64,000 nucleotides of DNA, taken from contig JANOTL010000192.1 of the NCBI GenBank assembly GCA_031416315.1, positions 1 through 64,000 of the forward strand, written 5' to 3'. This document shows, piece after piece, positions 51,390-60,756 of the stretch (the stretch's first letter is position 1; the number at the start of each line of letters is the position of its first letter). Position numbers and translations under genes: made by a program. The stretch comes from Pseudomonadota bacterium. Lineage in GTDB: Bacteria > Bdellovibrionota_B > Oligoflexia > Oligoflexales > CAIYRB01. The notes under the pieces were generated by a model. That model saw nothing but the letters and a program-made list of their open reading frames with translations. It was not told where the DNA came from and ran no database searches.

Positions 51390-51596
51390 ATGGCTTACGG
51401 TGACTTTGTGGAACGCATCACCGAGCGCGGCGCCACCGCAATCACGCGCGATCGCGAAGCCAAGACGACCTCGTTCGTTTACAAGGATCGCACCTGGGTG
51501 TGCACCGACAAGGCGCGGGCCGCGATGACGGCCGGCCTCGCGGAAGGCTTCGAGATGGAATACTGTCTCGCCGAAAACTGCACTCCCAAGGAGTGA
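51390..51596 (+). CDS. Small hypothetical protein
   Basis: AGGAGG SD and AT-rich upstream region. Confidence 0.6.
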   Translation: MAYGDFVERITERGATAITRDREAKTTSFVYKDRTWVCTDKARAAMTAGLAEGFEMEYCLAENCTPKE

Positions 51597-51689
51597 CTCA
51601 GGTCGGGTCGTGGCTGACGGCTTCGACGTTGTGGCCGTCGGGATCCAGCGATTCGCGGGAAGCACTCACGAAGCCGTCAAGGAAATCCC

Positions 51690-53006
51690 ATGCGTCCGAT
51701 CCTTCTCGCCGCCGCCTTCATTGCAAGTTTCACCGCCACGTCGCGATCCCAGGCGAACGTCGTGGGCGGAGACCTGCAAAACTTCAACGCCGTGCCGGGC
51801 GGTGTCGATTTCGTCACCGTGCATTCGTCCGAGACCCTCGAGCCGGGCTACTTGAACCTGGGCTTGATGATCAACTACGCCGTCAACAGCTTGCCCTATT
51901 TCGAGGCCGACACGCAGTCGCGCCTCGAGTCCAAAGACTCTTTGACGATGGCCGACGTCGGCGTCGGCGTCGGCATTTATCCGAACGTCGAGATTGGCTT
52001 TGCCGCCCAGGACTTGTTGAACCAGTCGAACGAGAACGCGAACGGCGGCTACGGGGAATTCACGTCGCGCGGCATCATTAATTACCGCGCCTACGGCAAA
52101 GTCCACGTCTTCGGCGACGACCGCGGCGGCGTTGCGCTCGTCGGTAGCGGCGTGTTCAACCGCGTGCGCAACAATCCCTACACTGGCGTCGACGGCTCGC
52201 CCGTCGGCATTTTCGAGATCGCCGCGGACACGAGCCTCGACGAGATCGCGCTCGCCTTGAACCTCGGCTACCGCTTCCGGGAAAAGGGGGGACCGATCCC
52301 CGGGATGAACTTGAAGCCGATCGGCAATCAAATCATCGCCTCCGCGGCCCTGAGCTATCTCCTTCCCGCCGTCGACACCAAGCTCATCGTCGAGATGTTC
52401 GGCTCGCGCCCGGCGAATCGCGAGAATACAGGGCTGGAGAAGCGACAAGCGTCCTCGGCAGAGGTCTTAGTCGGCGTTAAGTACGACGTCACGAGCAACG
52501 CGGCGCTCCACGCCGGCGCGGGCACGGAGCTCATCAACGGCGCCTCGTCGCCCGACTGGCGCGTCTACGCCGGGGTCAATTGGGCGATCGGCCCAGCCTT
52601 CGATCCCTCACCCGCGCCGCCAGCCCCGAAGACGGACTCGCCGGCCGCGCCGATGCAAAAGGCGGAGGAGCGCTCCGTCTTTAACGTGAATTTCGACACC
52701 GGCTCGGATCGGGTGCCGCCCGACGCGGTGGCTGAGCTGGAGAAGATTGCCCGCGAGGTCAAGTCGGGCGCCTACACGAAGATTGTGATCGAGGGGCATA
52801 CCGACTCGGTCGGCAGCGAGGAATCGAACCAGAAGCTCAGTCAACGCCGGGCCGAGACCGTCCGGAAATGGCTCATCGACAACGCCGGGATCGACTCCGG
52901 CAAGATCGAGGCCGTCGGATACGGCGAAGCGCAGCCCGTAGCCGACAACGGCAATTTCCAGGGTCGGGCGCGCAACCGCCGTGTCGAGGTCGTGGTGACC
53001 CGCTGA
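51690..53006 (+). CDS. OmpA-family outer membrane protein
   Basis: Signal peptide, barrel-like region, Pro linker, IEGHTDSVG..NQKLSQRRA..NRRVE. Confidence 0.92.
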   Translation: MRPILLAAAFIASFTATSRSQANVVGGDLQNFNAVPGGVDFVTVHSSETLEPGYLNLGLMINYAVNSLPYFEADTQSRLESKDSLTMADVGVGVGIYPNVEIGFAAQDLLNQSNENANGGYGEFTSRGIINYRAYGKVHVFGDDRGGVALVGSGVFNRVRNNPYTGVDGSPVGIFEIAADTSLDEIALALNLGYRFREKGGPIPGMNLKPIGNQIIASAALSYLLPAVDTKLIVEMFGSRPANRENTGLEKRQASSAEVLVGVKYDVTSNAALHAGAGTELINGASSPDWRVYAGVNWAIGPAFDPSPAPPAPKTDSPAAPMQKAEERSVFNVNFDTGSDRVPPDAVAELEKIAREVKSGAYTKIVIEGHTDSVGSEESNQKLSQRRAETVRKWLIDNAGIDSGKIEAVGYGEAQPVADNGNFQGRARNRRVEVVVTR

Positions 53007-53259
53007 TCGGCGCGACGGGCATGAGATTTCGACTTTTTCCATGCGCTTGGTGCCCGCGTCTTCGCGGGGCGAGAGGCGAAAAATGTGAGTCGAATTGCGG
53101 CAAACCGCCGCTAAGCGCCCGCTTCTACGTCTTAAAATGCCAGGCTCGGTACAGAAAAGCTGGCGTCCTGGGCGCTGATGGCGTAGAACCCTCTCCACGT
53201 ATCGGTTTGCGGGAGCCGGAATAGTGGCCGGCCCCAGTTTTTTTCTGGAGATTCTGTAC

Positions 53260-53589
53260 ATGGGTAAGAAGATTTTCGTCGGCGGCTTGAGCTGGGGAAC
53301 CAATGACGACACGCTGCGTCATGCTTTCGAGTCGTTCGGCAACGTCGACGAGGCCAAAGTCATCCAAGATCGTGAAACCGGCCGCTCGCGCGGATTCGGC
53401 TTCGTGACCTTCAGCGATGGCGAAGGCGCGATGAAGGCCATCTCGGCGATGGACGGCAAAGAGCTCGACGGCCGCACCATCAAGGTCAACGAAGCAGAAG
53501 ACAAACCCCGCGGCGGTGGCGGCGGCGGTGGTGGCGGTGGTGGTTACGGCGGCGGCGGTGGTGGCGGCGGCGGCGGCGGTCGCTGGTAA
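53260..53589 (+). CDS. RRM RNA-binding protein with Gly-rich tail
   Basis: RNP2 IFVGGL, RNP1 RGFGFVTF. Confidence 0.95.
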   Translation: MGKKIFVGGLSWGTNDDTLRHAFESFGNVDEAKVIQDRETGRSRGFGFVTFSDGEGAMKAISAMDGKELDGRTIKVNEAEDKPRGGGGGGGGGGGYGGGGGGGGGGGRW

Positions 53590-53605
53590 GCTAGCTCCTG
53601 ATGAC

Positions 53606-53664
53606 GGGGGAGCCAGCGAGACGATCCGAAAGGATTCGGCCTCGCAGGCTCCCCCGCTCAGTTT
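53606..53664 (+). terminator. Long hairpin after the RRM gene
   Basis: GGGGAGCC..GCGAG..ATCC-GAAA-GGAT..CTCGC..GGCTCCCC; weak U tract. Confidence 0.5.
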
Positions 53665-53671
53665 GGGGCGC

Positions 53672-53941
53672 ATGAAGCCTTTCCACATCTTCCTCGTTCT
53701 CGCGGGCCTAAGCGCCGCCGTTTTCGGCAAGATCTGGCTGGGCATTTACGTCGAGCGTGAGTTCGGCACGCACCATCTCTTTCTCAAGCATCGATCGACG
53801 TCGTCATTCTTCTTCCGCGCGCCGAGCGGCGAATCCGATCGCGTGGACCTCTCGATGGAAGAAGAGCTTGAGGAGAGTCTCTACGCGGAGTTCGTCGAGA
53901 GCGGCGGCGGCTTTCGCCGGAGCGTCTACCTCTTTTTCTGA
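53672..53941 (+). CDS. Small membrane protein
   Basis: MKPFHIFLVLAGLSAAVFG hydrophobic N-terminus. Confidence 0.5.
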   Translation: MKPFHIFLVLAGLSAAVFGKIWLGIYVEREFGTHHLFLKHRSTSSFFFRAPSGESDRVDLSMEEELEESLYAEFVESGGGFRRSVYLFF

Positions 53942-53950
53942 CGTGCGCGA

Positions 53951-54145
53951 CTAGCCGGCTCGAAGCCGACGGTATCTGGCCTGTACCATGCAGTGGACAC
54001 CGTATGCGACAAGACCGGTCGACACGACGCCGAGGAGCGCGGTCCCGTACGAGTGTCGCGCGAGCTCGAGAAGGATATCGCGCAGCCCATGCGCCACGCT
54101 TGGATCAAAATCGAGACCTGCCTGGATCAAGAACCAGGGCTGCAA
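53951..54145 (-). pseudogene. 3' remnant of a DUF1206-like membrane protein
   Basis: FDPSVAHGL..LARHSYGTALLGVV..GLVAYG..ARYRRL matches the family's C-terminus; the rest is missing. Confidence 0.6.
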
Positions 54146-54163
54146 TCTAAACGGAGCCTCGAT

Positions 54164-54979
54164 ATGAATCCGAACAAGGCACTCTGGGAAAAGGGCGACT
54201 TCACCCGCATTGCGCAGTGCATGCGCAAGAGCGGCGAAGAGCTAGCGCGGAGTCTCGACGTTTCGAAGGGCATGCTCGTCTTGGATTTGGGCTGCGGCGA
54301 CGGCACGACGGCGCTGCCCCAAGCCCGACTCGGCGCCGACGTCCTCGGCGTCGACATTGCCCCCAACCTCGTCCATGCAGGGAACGAGCGTGCGGAGAAA
54401 GAGGGCCTGACGAACTGCAAGTTCCAGGAGGGCGACGCTACCGACCTGCATCAGCTCGCGAATGATTCCTTCGATCTGGTCGTCAGCATTTTCGGCGCGA
54501 TGTTCGCCCCGAAGCCGCTCGACGTCGCCAAAGAAATGGTCCGCGTCACGAAACCCGGTGGCCGCATCGTCATGGGCAACTGGATCCCGAACGACCCGAC
54601 CCTGGTTGCGCAGATCCTGAGAATCAGCGCCGGCTTTTCGCCGCCGCCGCCCGAAGGCTTCGTGAGCCCGATGCTCTGGGGCGTCGAAAGCACCGTGATC
54701 GAGCGCTTCAACGCGGCGGGAATCCCGAAAGACGCCATTTCTTTCGCGAAAGAAACCTTCACCTTCGAGTTTCCCGACACGCCGACCAAGCTCGCGAACG
54801 TCTTCCGGCAGTTTTACGGGCCGACGATGAACGCCTTCGAGGCGGCGGAGAAGAGCGGCCGAGGCGGCGAGCTCCAGGGCGCCCTCGAGGACCTCTTCGA
54901 GAGCCAGAACCAGAGCCCGAGCCAGAATGCGACGTCGATTCCGGCGACTTTCTTGCGCGTGTCCGTGGTGGTCGGGTAA
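54164..54979 (+). CDS. Class I SAM-dependent methyltransferase
   Basis: VLDLGCGDG, FDLVVSIFGAMFAP, RVTKPGG. Confidence 0.92.
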   Translation: MNPNKALWEKGDFTRIAQCMRKSGEELARSLDVSKGMLVLDLGCGDGTTALPQARLGADVLGVDIAPNLVHAGNERAEKEGLTNCKFQEGDATDLHQLANDSFDLVVSIFGAMFAPKPLDVAKEMVRVTKPGGRIVMGNWIPNDPTLVAQILRISAGFSPPPPEGFVSPMLWGVESTVIERFNAAGIPKDAISFAKETFTFEFPDTPTKLANVFRQFYGPTMNAFEAAEKSGRGGELQGALEDLFESQNQSPSQNATSIPATFLRVSVVVG

Positions 54980-54984
54980 CGCTC

Positions 54985-55848
54985 ATGCCCCAAAGCTTTT
55001 CGAGCGCAGACGCTGCTCGCGGACCGGCGCTCCACGAATCCTTACAGGAATACGGCCGCGGCATTGCCGGAGGGATGCTTTTTAGTCTGCCGATGCTCTA
55101 CACGATGGAAGTCTGGTGGACGGGCTTTCTCGCAAGGCCATTGCAGCTCTTGGCCTATGTCGGCGTCAGCTTCCTCCTGTTGCTCGGCTACAATCGGTAC
55201 GCCGGGATGCGGGCTGACTCCTCGTTCCTCGAGGTCGCGATCGACTCCATAGAGGAAATGGGCCTCGGATTTCTCATCGCTGCGTTGGTCTTGTGGCTCC
55301 TGGGCCGGATCGAAGCCGCGATGCCGGCCGCCGAAATCATGGGCAAGATCGTGGTCGAGGCCATGCCGGTCGCGATCGGCGTGTCGGTCGGGACGGCGCA
55401 GCTTGGAGGCGGCGGCGACGATGCCGAGAGAGGCAAGGTCGGGGACGACGGGTCGCCAAGCACGCAAGGTCAGCTCGTCTTGGCATTCTGCGGCGCGGTC
55501 TTGTTCGCGGCGAACGTCGCACCCACCGAGGAGATCTTGGTCCTCGGTGTCGAGGCCTCGAGCGCGAAGCTCCTCGGGCTCATCGCTCTTTCGCTCGCGG
55601 TCGGAGCGTTGATCCTCTACCACTCGGATTTCGTCGGCACGAAACGGCACGTCCGACGCGACGGCGCCTTTTGGATGCTGTTCGGGCTCATCACGAGTTA
55701 CGCCGCTGCTTTGGCCGCGTCGGCGATGATGCTTTGGTTCTTTCGCCGCCTCGAAGAGGGCTCGATGTGGACCAACGTCGCGCAAATCGTCGTCCTAGCA
55801 TTTCCCGCTATGATGGGCGCGTCGGCAGGAAGGCTCCTGATCCAATGA
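54985..55848 (+). CDS. TIGR02587/DUF2391 membrane protein
   Basis: RGIAGG..LPMLYTMEVWW, NVAPTEE, GASAGRL. Confidence 0.85.
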   Translation: MPQSFSSADAARGPALHESLQEYGRGIAGGMLFSLPMLYTMEVWWTGFLARPLQLLAYVGVSFLLLLGYNRYAGMRADSSFLEVAIDSIEEMGLGFLIAALVLWLLGRIEAAMPAAEIMGKIVVEAMPVAIGVSVGTAQLGGGGDDAERGKVGDDGSPSTQGQLVLAFCGAVLFAANVAPTEEILVLGVEASSAKLLGLIALSLAVGALILYHSDFVGTKRHVRRDGAFWMLFGLITSYAAALAASAMMLWFFRRLEEGSMWTNVAQIVVLAFPAMMGASAGRLLIQ

Positions 55849-56234
55849 CGAAGAGACCACAAAAAAACCGGCTCGAATGGCTGGTGTTCGCCGTCGGCAG
55901 CGTCCTCGTGCTCGGCACGATCGCGTTCCTGGCTCAGAGCGCGATCACGGCCGACCCGTCCCCGGCTCAGCTAGAGATTACCTTGGGCCAGAGCGAGCCT
56001 CGGCGCGGCCATTTCGCGGTGCCCGTGACGGTGTACAACCGCGGCAACGACGCGGCGGAGCAGGTCTCGATCGAGGTCCTCCTCAAGAGCAAGGAGCACG
56101 GGGATGAGCGGGCGCAGCTGCAGATCGCGTTTTTGCCGCGCCAAGCATCACGATTGGGGTGGGTGGCTTTCATCAACGATCCGTCGTCAGCTGACGAGCT
56201 GAAATCGCGGCCGCTCGGCTATGAGCGTCCTTGA
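55845..56234 (+). CDS. TIGR02588-like partner protein
   Basis: KNRLEW, TM segment, VPVTVYNRG..AEQV; ATGA overlap. Confidence 0.8.
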   Translation: MTKRPQKNRLEWLVFAVGSVLVLGTIAFLAQSAITADPSPAQLEITLGQSEPRRGHFAVPVTVYNRGNDAAEQVSIEVLLKSKEHGDERAQLQIAFLPRQASRLGWVAFINDPSSADELKSRPLGYERP

Positions 56235-56570
56235 GCCGACAACGGCTAGATCGCTCGTCAGGGCGCCTCGAAGCCAAGAAAAAGGCCCCATCCCGATTGG
56301 GACGGAGCCTACCAAAACTAGAGAGTATCTTAGTTGACTTCGGTCGTCGCCGTCGCCATCGCGGTCGCCGTCGTCTTGGCCTCTGGTTTCACGCAATCAA
56401 GCCCAGCGCTGTTGCCGCCGATACTCGCCGTCGGACACGTGAACTCGCCGGCGCCGCTGATCTTGAGGCTGCATCTTATAACATATTATAATATTAAGGC
56501 TTTATCGGCATGATTTCTGAAAAGTGGCGCGCGATTTTGTGTACCGAAGAGTGACCGGGAGGAAAGGGGC

Positions 56571-57161
56571 GTGAGAAGGGCTCGTTCCAAGATTTTGATC
56601 ATCGACGGCCACCCCGATTCGGAAAGCTTCGGCTCGGCTCTTCGCGCGGCCTACGAACGCGGCGCCGCCGCCTCTGGCGCAGACGTCCGCTCGCTTGTGA
56701 TCCGCGACCTCACCTTCAACCCCAACCTCGCGTTCGGCTACCGCCAGAGAACCGAGCTGGAGCCTGATCTCCTGAACGCTCAGGAGCTGATCCGCTGGGC
56801 GGACCATCTGGTCGTCATTCATCCGGTTTGGTGGGGGTCGTTACCCGCGCTGATGAAGGGCTTCTTTGACCGCGTCTTTCTTCCCGGCTTCTTCTTCGAG
56901 AAGCTGCCGAATTCGCGGTTCCGGTGGCGGAAGCTTCTCAGCGGTCGCTCGGGCAGGATCATCTATACGCTCAACACGCCGCGACTATTCTGGTGGCTAG
57001 CAGGAAGACCGTCGTACAACGCCCTAAAGTGGACCACGCTTGGGTACTGCGGCATTCGTCCCATTCGTGGCACGACGATCGGCATGATGCGGATGTCGAC
57101 TCCCGAGTGGCGCGCTCGGTGGCTAGCGAAGATCGAATCGATGGGACGAGTGCGGGGATAA
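56571..57161 (+). CDS. NAD(P)H-dependent oxidoreductase, flavodoxin-like fold
   Basis: GHPDSESF, WADHLV..PVWWGSLPALMKGFFDR. Confidence 0.9.
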   Translation: MRRARSKILIIDGHPDSESFGSALRAAYERGAAASGADVRSLVIRDLTFNPNLAFGYRQRTELEPDLLNAQELIRWADHLVVIHPVWWGSLPALMKGFFDRVFLPGFFFEKLPNSRFRWRKLLSGRSGRIIYTLNTPRLFWWLAGRPSYNALKWTTLGYCGIRPIRGTTIGMMRMSTPEWRARWLAKIESMGRVRG

Positions 57162-57337
57162 GCGGCGATCACCAAGGGTGCGCTCGCGCAAGAAGCGGGC
57201 TTCGTCGAACGGCTGAAGGACCGGGCGCCCGCACGCCCGGTCAGGGTGGCGCGAAGCGGCGTCCTTCGACAGTCGCCGTCCCGACCACTTGTTGGCATTC
57301 ATGCCGTCCGGTATTCTCGACACCTAAGAGGTGATGC

Positions 57338-57721
57338 ATGCAAAGGTGGATTCAGATCGTTGTCCGCGTTCTGTTAGGCGCGCTCTTTTTGTTTGGAGGA
57401 ATCGCGTTCTTCTTCACGACGCCGCCTCCCCTCGAAGGCGACATGGCCACCTTTTTCGCGGGACTCAAAGCCTCTAAGTATTTTTTCTACCTGTTAAAGG
57501 CCACGGAGATCGCCTGTGGACTGTGCTTGGTATCGGGGCTTTTCGTGCCTGCAGCGCTCGTCGTTCTAGCGCCAATCGCGCTCAACATCTTCTTCGTGCA
57601 TACCTTTCTCGACCCGAGCGGACTACCGGTCGCCCTAGCAATCAGTGGGGCGATGATTTACCTCTCATTCTTCTCGCCAAGATATAGTCCTCCGATCAAA
57701 AAATTGTTCGTGATGCGGTGA
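57338..57721 (+). CDS. DoxX-family membrane protein
   Basis: RVLLG, EIACG, LAPI..NIFFVH. Confidence 0.85.
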   Translation: MQRWIQIVVRVLLGALFLFGGIAFFFTTPPPLEGDMATFFAGLKASKYFFYLLKATEIACGLCLVSGLFVPAALVVLAPIALNIFFVHTFLDPSGLPVALAISGAMIYLSFFSPRYSPPIKKLFVMR

Positions 57722-58107
57722 AGGCGAAGAAGGCCGTTTCGGGAGCCGAGGCCGTGGACGCATTCATCGCGGACCACCCCCTCGAAAAGGAGATGCTGCT
57801 CGTCCGGGTGATTCTTCTCGCCGCCGCGAAAGGCGTTAGCGAGCATATTAAGTGGAAGGCGCCGAGCTTCTGTCTCGATGGCGAAGACCGCATCACGTTC
57901 GATCTCCGCAAAGGGACCGTGAACCTTATTTTCCACCGCGGCGTGAAGGTCAAAGACACGAAGTCGTTCTCGTTCAAAGACAAGAGCGGCCTCGTGAAGT
58001 GGCTCGCGCCGGACCGCGGCGTGGTCGTCCTCGGCGACGCAAAGGACATCAAGGTCAAGAAGGCCGCGCTTGCGCTGCTCGCCAAGGACTGGTTGAAGGT
58101 TATCTAG
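57718..58107 (+). CDS. DUF1801 (YdhG-like) protein
   Basis: EHIKWKAPSF, LIFHRG. Confidence 0.82.
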   Translation: MKAKKAVSGAEAVDAFIADHPLEKEMLLVRVILLAAAKGVSEHIKWKAPSFCLDGEDRITFDLRKGTVNLIFHRGVKVKDTKSFSFKDKSGLVKWLAPDRGVVVLGDAKDIKVKKAALALLAKDWLKVI

Positions 58108-58180
58108 TTGACAAACTTGGCATGCAATCAGATCTCCGATCTCAGCCCTCTCAGTGAGGATCGATGGGACCGCGGGGTGA

Positions 58181-58552
58181 TCACGGATTAGGCCGAGGAT
58201 AGTCCGCAGGGATCGGTGGCGCCGTGATCTCCCCGAATTCGCCGACGCGCAGACGGCACGTATAGACCCACTCTTCGATCGTAGCGGTCGGAGGCCCATA
58301 GGCATAGCAAGTGACATCGCGCCCACGAGCGCGGCGAACGTCGACCGCTAGGTCTTCGAGACGCATCCGATATGCGGTCACCCAGAAGATGGCGTAGGCA
58401 GCCTTGCCGGTGATGACGACATCGGCTTGTTCCTGGTCGATCTGGGCGTCGACCGTGGTCGACCCGTCGAAGCTGTCAGCCGACGCGGCTTGGGCCGCAG
58501 CAAAAAGACCTAGGGGCAGAGTCCACAGAAAAATGGCGCGAAGCGTGATCAT
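58181..58552 (-). CDS. Secreted hypothetical protein
   Basis: AAGAGGAG SD, signal peptide ending ASA, ITGKAA..two Cys. Confidence 0.65.
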   Translation of the reverse strand: MITLRAIFLWTLPLGLFAAAQAASADSFDGSTTVDAQIDQEQADVVITGKAAYAIFWVTAYRMRLEDLAVDVRRARGRDVTCYAYGPPTATIEEWVYTCRLRVGEFGEITAPPIPADYPRPNP

Positions 58553-58685
58553 GGGCGTCCTCCTCTTTGAAGGAACGCGTTGTCACGATGAATGCTGCTT
58601 ACACAATGAAGATGAGCTCCAGCGCTACCTGCGGTGCAAAAAAGCAAAGACTTTAGATAGATAGCGGCGCGACCTTGATCCTTAT

Positions 58686-58717
58686 TTAACCTTTGGGTTA
58701 ATTAACCGATAGGTGAA
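58686..58717. promoter_or_regulatory. Tandem palindromic operator, probably bound by the ArsR regulator
   Basis: TTAACC-TTTG-GGTTAA (58686-58701) directly followed by TTAACC-GATA-GGTGAA (58702-58717). Confidence 0.7.
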
Positions 58718-58719
58718 TT

Positions 58720-59097
58720 ATGGCGCAAGACACGCTCTCCCAAATTTTCGGGGCCCTAGCAGACCCAACAAGACGGGCGATTCTCGCGCGCCTGACGCGC
58801 GGCGAAGCGAGCGTGTCCGACCTTGCAGAGCCGTTCCTGGGCGACATGAGCCCGCCCGCGATCACTAAGCACCTCAAGGTTCTTGAAAAGGCCGGCCTGA
58901 TCACCAAGGGCCGCGACGCGCAGTGGCGACCGTGCAAGCTCAACGGCGAGCCCTTCAAAGACGTCGTCGGCTGGCTCGAGCAGTACCGCTCGTTCTGGGA
59001 AGAAAGCTTCGACCGCCTCGAAGAGTACCTGAAAACCGTCGCGCCGAAACCCACCAGGAAAGGCAAGAAACATGGTCGCAAGAAACAAACCGAATGA
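58720..59097 (+). CDS. ArsR/SmtB-family regulator
   Basis: FGALADPTRRAIL, KHLKVLEKAGLI. Confidence 0.92.
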   Translation: MAQDTLSQIFGALADPTRRAILARLTRGEASVSDLAEPFLGDMSPPAITKHLKVLEKAGLITKGRDAQWRPCKLNGEPFKDVVGWLEQYRSFWEESFDRLEEYLKTVAPKPTRKGKKHGRKKQTE

Positions 59098-60034
59098 GAT
59101 TTACATCACCCGCGTCTACGATGCGCCGGTCAAAGCGGTTTGGGACGCGTGGACCGATCCGAAGCAAGCCGCGAAGTGGTGGGGACCGCGGGGCTTCACC
59201 ATCACAACGCATTCGAAGGATCTACGAACAGGCGGAAGCTGGGCCTATACGATGCACGGGCCGGACGGCACCGACTACCCGAATAAGACGGTCTACCTCG
59301 AGGTCGACGAATACAAGCGTCTCGTCTACGACCACGGCGCAAATGACGACAAGCCGCCTTTGTTTCGCGTCACCGTGGTGTTCTCCGAGGTCAAGGGCAA
59401 CAAGACCAAAATGGAGATGAGCATGGCGCTGGCGACCGCGGAAGCCGCGGCAGAGACGAAGAAGTTCATCAAGAGTGCCGGCGGCAACGCGACCTGGGAC
59501 CGCCTCGCCGAGTTTCTCGCTCATGCGGCGAGCGGTAAAGAGCAGTTCGTCATCAACCGAAGTTTCGACGCGCCGATCGACGTCATGTTCGCCATGTGGA
59601 CGCAGCCTGAGCACTTCGCGAAATGGCTGCCGCCGACGGGCGCAACGATGGAGTTCTCGAAGGTGGACATCCGCCAGGGCGGGTCTTCGACTTACAGCAT
59701 GCTGGCACCCGGTGGCGTTCAGATGTACGGAAGAATCGAGTACCTCGAAATCACAAAACCCGACCGCCTCGTCTACACGCAGCAATTCACCGACGCCCAG
59801 GGCAACATATCGCGCCACCCGCTTGCACCCACTTGGCCCGAGACAATGCTCACGACCGTGATCCTTTCCGACGAAGGCGACAATCAAACCCGCGTGACCG
59901 TGACCTGGGAAGTGCACGGCGAGGTTACTCCGGAGGAGCTCTCAACGTTTGTCGCGGCCAAGACGGGCATGGCAGGGGGTTGGACGGGATCGTTTGACAA
60001 GCTCGATGAGTACTTGCTTAATCATCGCCCCTGA
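59072..60034 (+). CDS. Tandem SRPBCC (AHSA1-like) protein
   Basis: Two repeats beginning ITRVYDAP..VWDAWTDP and INRSFDAP..MFAMWTQP. Confidence 0.9.
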   Translation: MVARNKPNEIYITRVYDAPVKAVWDAWTDPKQAAKWWGPRGFTITTHSKDLRTGGSWAYTMHGPDGTDYPNKTVYLEVDEYKRLVYDHGANDDKPPLFRVTVVFSEVKGNKTKMEMSMALATAEAAAETKKFIKSAGGNATWDRLAEFLAHAASGKEQFVINRSFDAPIDVMFAMWTQPEHFAKWLPPTGATMEFSKVDIRQGGSSTYSMLAPGGVQMYGRIEYLEITKPDRLVYTQQFTDAQGNISRHPLAPTWPETMLTTVILSDEGDNQTRVTVTWEVHGEVTPEELSTFVAAKTGMAGGWTGSFDKLDEYLLNHRP

Positions 60035-60115
60035 ATCACGGCTGAGGGGTCGATTCCCCTTGGACGAAACGGCGCGTGATCGGTGCAAGCGATTAAGCTC
60101 TCGAGCTCGTCCGCT

Positions 60116-60604
60116 TCATGCGTCGGAGAGAGCGTCGTAGACGGTGCTCAGGTATTCAACGCCGTAGTAGCCGTAGTAGCACTTGCCGTTCTGCACCGGA
60201 CCGATCAGCTTGCCGCCGATGAAGTCGTTGCCGCGACGCACGCGGCAGATCTGCGTCAGGACACCGTTCTCGTAGCCGCCGTCGATGACGTACTCGTCGC
60301 TCAGCGCCGAGCCGCCGAAGAAGCGGTAGCGGCCGCTAGGGTCCTGGAGAACTTCATAGCTCGTATACGCATACTCTTTGCCGTAGTAGCCGATGTAGCA
60401 CTTGCCGTCAGACGCGATGAGTTTGCCCGGCGTGCCGCCAATGCGGCAGACGTAGACGGTCTTGCCGCCTTCCGTCCCGACCCAGACTGGACTGGTGCCG
60501 ACCCCGCCGTTTGCGGTGACGAACCAGCTCTCGGCGAAGGCGTTGGACGAGAATCCGACGACGAGCGCGACGGCAACGATGAGACGATTGAGCCAGCTGA
60601 ACAT
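60116..60604 (-). CDS. Secreted DM9/DUF3421-repeat protein
   Basis: Signal peptide ending AFA; two repeats G.E.G...[YI]CR..GKL..GKCY..YYG.E..Y[ED].L. Confidence 0.8.
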   Translation of the reverse strand: MFSWLNRLIVAVALVVGFSSNAFAESWFVTANGGVGTSPVWVGTEGGKTVYVCRIGGTPGKLIASDGKCYIGYYGKEYAYTSYEVLQDPSGRYRFFGGSALSDEYVIDGGYENGVLTQICRVRRGNDFIGGKLIGPVQNGKCYYGYYGVEYLSTVYDALSDA

Positions 60605-60756
60605 GAGTACCTCCTGACGTTGGAGAAGAATGTCTTCACCCAATAACGCGGAGACGGCCGCTGAAACGGCTCATGCCACTTCGCAAAAAAAGTGGCGGCC
60701 GCGACGCTGAACACTTTGGCAGATTAACCTCGCATTGGCGCCCACAGCTCTACGAC

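Noticed and set aside
53510..53580. GGC/GGT trinucleotide repeat
   Set aside because: Encodes the ordinary Gly-rich tail of the RRM protein.
56231..56510. 86-aa Arg-rich ORF and TTATAA-CATA-TTATAA element
   Set aside because: The ORF has no recognisable features, and the AT tract is probably just the oxidoreductase promoter.
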